64,000 bases of DNA from Pustulibacterium marinum (GTDB lineage: Bacteria > Bacteroidota > Bacteroidia > Flavobacteriales > Flavobacteriaceae): NCBI RefSeq assembly GCF_900116665.1, contig NZ_FPBK01000015.1, positions 1 to 64,000 on the forward strand, in the 5' to 3' direction. Numbering within the stretch: position 1 is the first letter of the stretch; the number at the start of each line of letters is the position of its first letter. A program made the translations under genes and the position numbers. Below the pieces are notes generated by a model that saw only the letters and a program-made list of their open reading frames with translations, was not told the origin of the DNA and did no database searches. Positions 59,135 through 64,000 of this stretch are shown here, one piece after another.

Positions 59135-60256
59135 CTATCTACCTCTTCCTGCATTACTACTTCTAGTAGAAACTGTTTTTCTAGTAGTTGAAGCTTTTCT
59201 TGCATTGTTAGAAGTAGTACTTCTCGTAGTTCTAGTAGTAGAACGATTACTGATTTTTGGAGTTGTTCTCTTTGTTATTGTTCTGGTAGTATTTCTAGTG
59301 GCAGGCGTACTCACTTGTTTTCTAGTAGTACTTCTTACTGAATTAGAATTAGAAGTACTTCTTGGTGTAATAGATCTTGTAACTGACCTTGTACTGCGGG
59401 TTCCGTTTATTGAGCTTGAATTTCCACCTCTTGTAACACTAGTTCCTGTATTTCTAGTATTTTGGTTATTTCTATCTCTATTTATGGTAGTACTACTACT
59501 TCTGTTTGGAGTTGTAGTTCTAGTAATATTTCTAGAGGAATTGTTTCTTGTAGTAGTAGCAGTTTCTCTACGGTTATTTGCATTTGCATACAAACGTCTA
59601 CCTCTAGAGTTTTCGGTTGCTCTATATGTTCTACCAATTGCTACCGTTGCCTTTCTACTGTTTCTGTAATAAGGTCCATAATAGGTGTAACGCGTAGGTG
59701 TATAGTATCTTCTATAAGGAGTTGTATACACAATATTATAAGTAGGTCTCATAAAACATCTGTAATAAGGCTGATACACATAGGTTCTGTTGTATACATT
59801 AATATAACCTGAATAGTGGCTATATACACCTGCATTGTAATAGATGTGTAATCCTCCAATTCTTACCAATCTTCCTGAATTGTATAAAATATCAACGGAA
59901 CCAATTGAAGTTACTCTTCCGTAATAATCATAATAGATAGGAATGTTTTCAATTTGTATGATAGCTCCGTAATCGTCATACTGTACGTAAGGGTTATAAT
60001 CATATCCCTGATTAAATGTAATATTCATATTGCCTACATTCACGTTGGCATTTACGTTTACACTATTATTTATATAAAAATCAAATTCTCCGTTAGGGTA
60101 TACTGAAAATGTAATTCCATTTTCTTGAAAAATAAAGTTATCTCCATATCCGTATCTTCTATTTATGTCTTCTACATTTTCGATTTCTGTGGTGTTCGCA
60201 TTTACTGCAAAAGCAGATAAAAATGCAACTGTGATCATTGTGACTAATTTTTTCAT
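59135..60256 (-). CDS. secreted protein: Tyr-rich N-terminal domain plus ~180-aa Ser/Thr/Arg/Asn-rich basic low-complexity tail
   Basis: Signal peptide MKKLVTMITVAFLSAFAVNA. Repeats of YYxYYGR/YNxGxxY in the N-terminal half. The tail is ...TRNNSSRNITRTTTPNRSSSTTINRDRNNQNTRNTGTSVTRGG...RSTTRTTRSTTSNNARKASTTRKTVSTRSSNAGRGR. Confidence 0.55.
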   Translation of the reverse strand: MKKLVTMITVAFLSAFAVNANTTEIENVEDINRRYGYGDNFIFQENGITFSVYPNGEFDFYINNSVNVNANVNVGNMNITFNQGYDYNPYVQYDDYGAIIQIENIPIYYDYYGRVTSIGSVDILYNSGRLVRIGGLHIYYNAGVYSHYSGYINVYNRTYVYQPYYRCFMRPTYNIVYTTPYRRYYTPTRYTYYGPYYRNSRKATVAIGRTYRATENSRGRRLYANANNRRETATTTRNNSSRNITRTTTPNRSSSTTINRDRNNQNTRNTGTSVTRGGNSSSINGTRSTRSVTRSITPRSTSNSNSVRSTTRKQVSTPATRNTTRTITKRTTPKISNRSTTRTTRSTTSNNARKASTTRKTVSTRSSNAGRGR

Positions 60257-60573
60257 AACTCAAAAATTTTAGAAACGTAAGCTTACCGTTTGAATTGATA
60301 TCTTATAGTAAACAACCACCGTGCCAAAAAATAAAATGCCTTGAAACCTCCAGCAAATACAAGGAAAAAAGAAAGCCTCGCAAGTATCTTACAACTTAAC
60401 AAGGCTTTCTGACTAACTAACCAACCAAAAAAATCTAACTATGAAATCTTTATCTATTTTGTCGTAACAATTTCTAAAACTTGCACACTATGTAAATTAA
60501 TTTGTTACGCCTAGTATATTTCAAATCATATGCCAAACTTTAATTTCATTAGTTAGTTACATGTAATATTATG

Positions 60574-63351
60574 TTAAAGTTTATCCTTTAAAAATTCAGC
60601 GGTGTAACTTTCTTTTACTTTTAGAATTTCTTCTGGAGTTCCGCTAGCTATGAGATTTCCTCCTTTTTCACCACCATCTATTCCCAAGTCTATAATATGG
60701 TCTGCGCATTTTATCAGATCGATGTTGTGTTCAACCACAATTATAGAGTGACCTTTTTCGATCAACGCATCGAAAGATTTTAATAATTTCTGGATATCAT
60801 GAAAATGCAAACCTGTTGTTGGCTCATCAAAAATAAATAGCGCTTTTTCTTTGGTATTACCTTTAATAAGAAAGGATGCTAGTTTAATTCTCTGTGCTTC
60901 ACCACCAGAAAGAGTAGAGGATGATTGTCCTAAACTTACGTAGCCTAAACCAACGTCTTGAAGCGGTTGTATCTTGTTAACAATTTTTGTTTGGTTGTGT
61001 TTTTTAAAGAAATCTATAGCATTGTCAATCGTCATGTTAAGAATATCATCAATATTCTGATCTTCATATTTTACTTCTAAAATTTCTTTTTTAAAGCGTT
61101 TACCATGACAGGTTTCACATTCCAAATGTACGTCGGCCATAAACTGCATTTCAATGGTAACGGTACCTTCTCCTTTACAAGTTTCACATCTACCGCCATC
61201 AACATTAAAAGAAAAGTGTTTTGGTTGAAAACCTCTTAATTTTGCCACTTTCTGTTTAGAGAATAAATCTCGAATATCATCATACGCTTTAATGTAGGTA
61301 ACCGGGTTTGAACGTGACGAACGCCCTATAGGGTTTTGATCAACAAACTCTACCGTTTTTACATTACTGTATTTCCCTTCTAACTTTGTGAATTGACCTG
61401 CTTTTTCTCCATAAGCGTCGGTTTCTTTCATCATAGCAGGGTACAAAATTTTCTTTACCAAAGTACTTTTACCACTTCCAGAAACACCAGTGACTACCGT
61501 AAGTGTATTTAATGGAAAAGTGACATCAATATTTTTTAGGTTATTTTCTCGCGCACCAATAACATCAATATATTGCTTGTAAGATCTTCTAACAGTAGGG
61601 ACTTTTATATTCATGCGTCCACTTAGGTATTTTCCTGTAAGTGTATCTGCAGTTAAAAGTTCAGTATAGGTACCTGAACTTACTACTTCACCACCATAAG
61701 TACCTGCTTCTGGACCAATATCAATAATAGCATCTGCAGCTTTCATAATATCTTCATCATGTTCTACTACAATTACTGTATTTCCTAAATCGCGTAATGA
61801 TTTTAAAACACCAATTAATTTTTCGGTGTCCTTTGGATGTAGACCAATACTTGGTTCATCTAAAATGTACATGGAACCAACTAAACTACTTCCTAGAGAG
61901 GTGGCTAGGTTAATTCGCTGACTTTCACCACCAGATAATGTATTTGATTTTCTGTTGAGCGTAAGGTATTGTAATCCTACGTTTGATAGAAACTCTAACC
62001 TGCTATTGATTTCCTTTAAAAGTCTTGTAGCAACTTTCATATCAAATTCTGAAAGCGTTAATTCTTTAAAGAAATCTGCTAGTTTTTCTAGTGGCATTTC
62101 TACCAGATCAGTAATCGTTTTGCCACCAATGGTTACAAAGTTTGCTTCTGGTCGTAATCTTTTTCCTTTACACGTAGGACATTTAGTTTTTCCACGATAG
62201 CGAGAAAGCATTACTCTATTCTGAATTTTATAACTTTTCTCTTCTAATTCTGTGAAGAAGTCATGTAAACCGGTAAAATACTGATTTCCATCCCAAACTA
62301 ATTGCTTTTGAGCTTCTGTAAGTTCAAACCATGGTTTATGAATAGGAAAATCAAAACGGTATGCATTGTTAACCAATTGATCTTTGTACCAGCTAAGTTT
62401 TTCACCTCTCCAAGGAAAAACGGCACTTTCGTAAACAGAAAGTCCTGTGTTAGGAATTACCAAGTCTTCATCTATCCCAATTACATCACCGTAACCTTCA
62501 CATTTTGGGCATGCTCCGTAAGGATTATTAAAACTGAACAAATGTAAGTTTGGCTCTAGAAATGAAATACCATCTAATTCAAACTTATTACTGAATTTAG
62601 TCTGATTTCCATTAGACAATTCTTCAATAAAACAGGTTCCTTTGCCCTCAAAGAAAGCAGTGTCTACTGCATCGGCCAATCGATTTATAAAATCTTCATC
62701 ATTCTTAACAATGATACGGTCTACTACAAGCTCAAAATCATCATTGAAACTATTGTTTAATTCATCTATTCGTAAAACACCATCTTTGGTTTTAATTCTG
62801 GCAAACCCTTGCTGTTCTAAAACCTTTACCGTTTCATATGGAGTTCTTTTTTCTGGAATGGAAACCGGAGCTAAAAGCAATAATTTGGTTCGTTCTTCAA
62901 AATTGGAAGTGAAATTTACTACATCTGTAACCGTATGTTTTCTAACTTCTTTTCCCGAAATAGGAGAGAAGGTTTTTCCAATTCTAGCATAGAGTAACTT
63001 TAGATAGTCATAAATCTCTGTGGTGGTTCCAACAGTAGACCTAGGGTTTGTAGAATTTACTTTTTGCTCTATAGCAATTGCTGGTGCAATTCCTTTAATA
63101 GCGTCCACTTTTGGCTTGTCAAGTCGGCCCAAAAACTGTCTAGCATAGGAAGATAAACTTTCTACATAACGGCGTTGCCCCTCTGCGTATAATGTATCAA
63201 AAGCTAAACTAGATTTTCCGGAACCCGACAAACCAGTGATAACTACAAGTTTATTTCTGGGAATAGCTACTGATATATCTTTAAGATTGTGTAGCTTGGC
63301 TCCAAGGATTAAAATATTTTCTTTTGTATTGAGTTGTGATATGTCTTTCAT
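60574..63351 (-). CDS. uvrA: excinuclease ABC subunit A
   Basis: Two ABC modules: [15 protein letters not shown] and [11 protein letters not shown] Walker A, with [12 protein letters not shown] and [12 protein letters not shown] signatures. Zinc-finger Cys clusters ([16 protein letters not shown]). ~925 aa. Confidence 0.9.
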   Translation of the reverse strand: MKDISQLNTKENILILGAKLHNLKDISVAIPRNKLVVITGLSGSGKSSLAFDTLYAEGQRRYVESLSSYARQFLGRLDKPKVDAIKGIAPAIAIEQKVNSTNPRSTVGTTTEIYDYLKLLYARIGKTFSPISGKEVRKHTVTDVVNFTSNFEERTKLLLLAPVSIPEKRTPYETVKVLEQQGFARIKTKDGVLRIDELNNSFNDDFELVVDRIIVKNDEDFINRLADAVDTAFFEGKGTCFIEELSNGNQTKFSNKFELDGISFLEPNLHLFSFNNPYGACPKCEGYGDVIGIDEDLVIPNTGLSVYESAVFPWRGEKLSWYKDQLVNNAYRFDFPIHKPWFELTEAQKQLVWDGNQYFTGLHDFFTELEEKSYKIQNRVMLSRYRGKTKCPTCKGKRLRPEANFVTIGGKTITDLVEMPLEKLADFFKELTLSEFDMKVATRLLKEINSRLEFLSNVGLQYLTLNRKSNTLSGGESQRINLATSLGSSLVGSMYILDEPSIGLHPKDTEKLIGVLKSLRDLGNTVIVVEHDEDIMKAADAIIDIGPEAGTYGGEVVSSGTYTELLTADTLTGKYLSGRMNIKVPTVRRSYKQYIDVIGARENNLKNIDVTFPLNTLTVVTGVSGSGKSTLVKKILYPAMMKETDAYGEKAGQFTKLEGKYSNVKTVEFVDQNPIGRSSRSNPVTYIKAYDDIRDLFSKQKVAKLRGFQPKHFSFNVDGGRCETCKGEGTVTIEMQFMADVHLECETCHGKRFKKEILEVKYEDQNIDDILNMTIDNAIDFFKKHNQTKIVNKIQPLQDVGLGYVSLGQSSSTLSGGEAQRIKLASFLIKGNTKEKALFIFDEPTTGLHFHDIQKLLKSFDALIEKGHSIIVVEHNIDLIKCADHIIDLGIDGGEKGGNLIASGTPEEILKVKESYTAEFLKDKL

Positions 63352-63596
63352 AGCAAAATAAACAAGTTGCAAAGATACAAATCATAACGCTGTCGAGGAA
63401 ATTTGATTATTGTAGAAGAAATGTTAAAGTTTAAGATTTTTTTTGCATTTTCAATTCAGAATCAGTTATATTTGGAACAATTCAAGCAAAAAACTCATTC
63501 GCCTATACAATAAAATTACTTTTAAAAACTAAGTTAAACAACACTACACGGAATACCCCTATTATTCCTGTGTTTAAACGACTAAAAGTAATTGGT

Positions 63597-64000
63597 ATGG
63601 GAAAACTACTGCAAGATTCAGAATTGGTATCAAAGTACATTAAAGGGAATGAAGGTGCTTTAGAAATATTGATAGAGAGACACAATCAACGTATTTATAG
63701 TTTTATTTTTTCAAAGGTCTATGATAAAGAAGTAGCTGATGATATTTTTCAGGATACTTTTATTAAAGTGATCAATACCTTGAAAAAAGGTAAGTATAAT
63801 GAAGAAGGTAAATTTTTACCTTGGGTAATGCGTATTGCACATAACTTGGTAATTGATTATTTCAGAAAGAACAAACGAATGCCTAAGTTTGAAGGTAATG
63901 ACGATTTTAATATTTTTTCTGTGATTGCAGACGGCTCTTTGAATGCGGAAAATCAAATTATTAAGGATCAAGTGGATTTTGATGTACGTAGATTGATGGA
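63597..64000 (+). CDS. RNA polymerase ECF-type sigma-70 factor (partial, runs off the window end)
   Basis: The translation MGKLLQDSELVSKYIKGNEGALEILIERHNQRIYSFIFSKVYDKEVADDIFQDTFIKVINTL...FLPWVMRIAHNLVIDYFRKNKR shows region 2 (YxFxxxxxxDxxxAxDIxQDTF) and the region 2.4 LVIDYFRK motif. There is no stop within the window. Confidence 0.75.
   Translation, partial: MGKLLQDSELVSKYIKGNEGALEILIERHNQRIYSFIFSKVYDKEVADDIFQDTFIKVINTLKKGKYNEEGKFLPWVMRIAHNLVIDYFRKNKRMPKFEGNDDFNIFSVIADGSLNAENQIIKDQVDFDVRRLM

Noticed and set aside
59205-59812. Plus-strand ORFs 59205..59669 and 59462..59812 opposite the RS-rich tail gene
   Set aside because: They are composition-driven open frames (Leu/Val-rich) opposite a low-complexity coding region. 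The minus-strand gene has a signal peptide, a terminator and a sensible start.

Overview
A 64-kb chromosomal segment that looks Flavobacteriia/Bacteroidota-like: about 35% GC, Bacteroidetes-type promoter context, a T9SS C-terminal sorting domain, several TonB-dependent receptors, and outer-membrane phospholipase A. Most of the window is housekeeping or envelope genes: acpH, a phosphoglucosamine-mutase-family gene, pldA, an LpxL-like acyltransferase, a rhomboid protease, TerC, pyrC-like dihydroorotase, a BatA-domain protein, a GAF histidine kinase, msrA, oligopeptidase B, a cysteine-synthase-family gene, uvrA, and a partial ECF sigma factor. Four things stand out. (1) A compact co-directional cluster (~28.3-37.3 kb) encodes a YbjN-like protein, a PspA/IM30 (ESCRT-III-like) protein, an NfeD-like membrane protein with a (D-V/I)n acidic tract, a long flotillin/SPFH protein, and a 1,628-aa giant protein. 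The giant has a globular N-terminus, a ~800-aa coiled coil and a C-terminal AAA_5/MoxR-like ATPase. A divergently transcribed XRE/S24-like regulator sits upstream across an intergenic region carrying repeated palindromic TTAGCWAA motifs. I consider this a candidate uncharacterised membrane-stress/membrane-remodelling system. (2) A 2.7-kb gene-free region (0.9-3.6 kb) contains iteron-like direct repeats, an 18-bp perfect palindrome, and a ~1.2-kb tandem array of ~245-bp hairpin-containing repeats. (3) There are two cobalamin riboswitches. One on the minus strand sits ahead of nrdG-nrdD, inside a GC-richer ~5-kb island that also holds a 21-bp minisatellite. One on the plus strand sits ahead of a btuB-like TonB receptor and a BtuG-like beta-propeller lipoprotein, divergent from a BtuFCD-like ABC importer. 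(4) Smaller oddities: a metalloprotease-like lipoprotein whose signal peptide lacks an ATG start, and a secreted protein with a ~180-aa Ser/Thr/Arg/Asn-rich basic tail. Everything is inferred from reading the sequence and the supplied ORF translations; no database searches were run.
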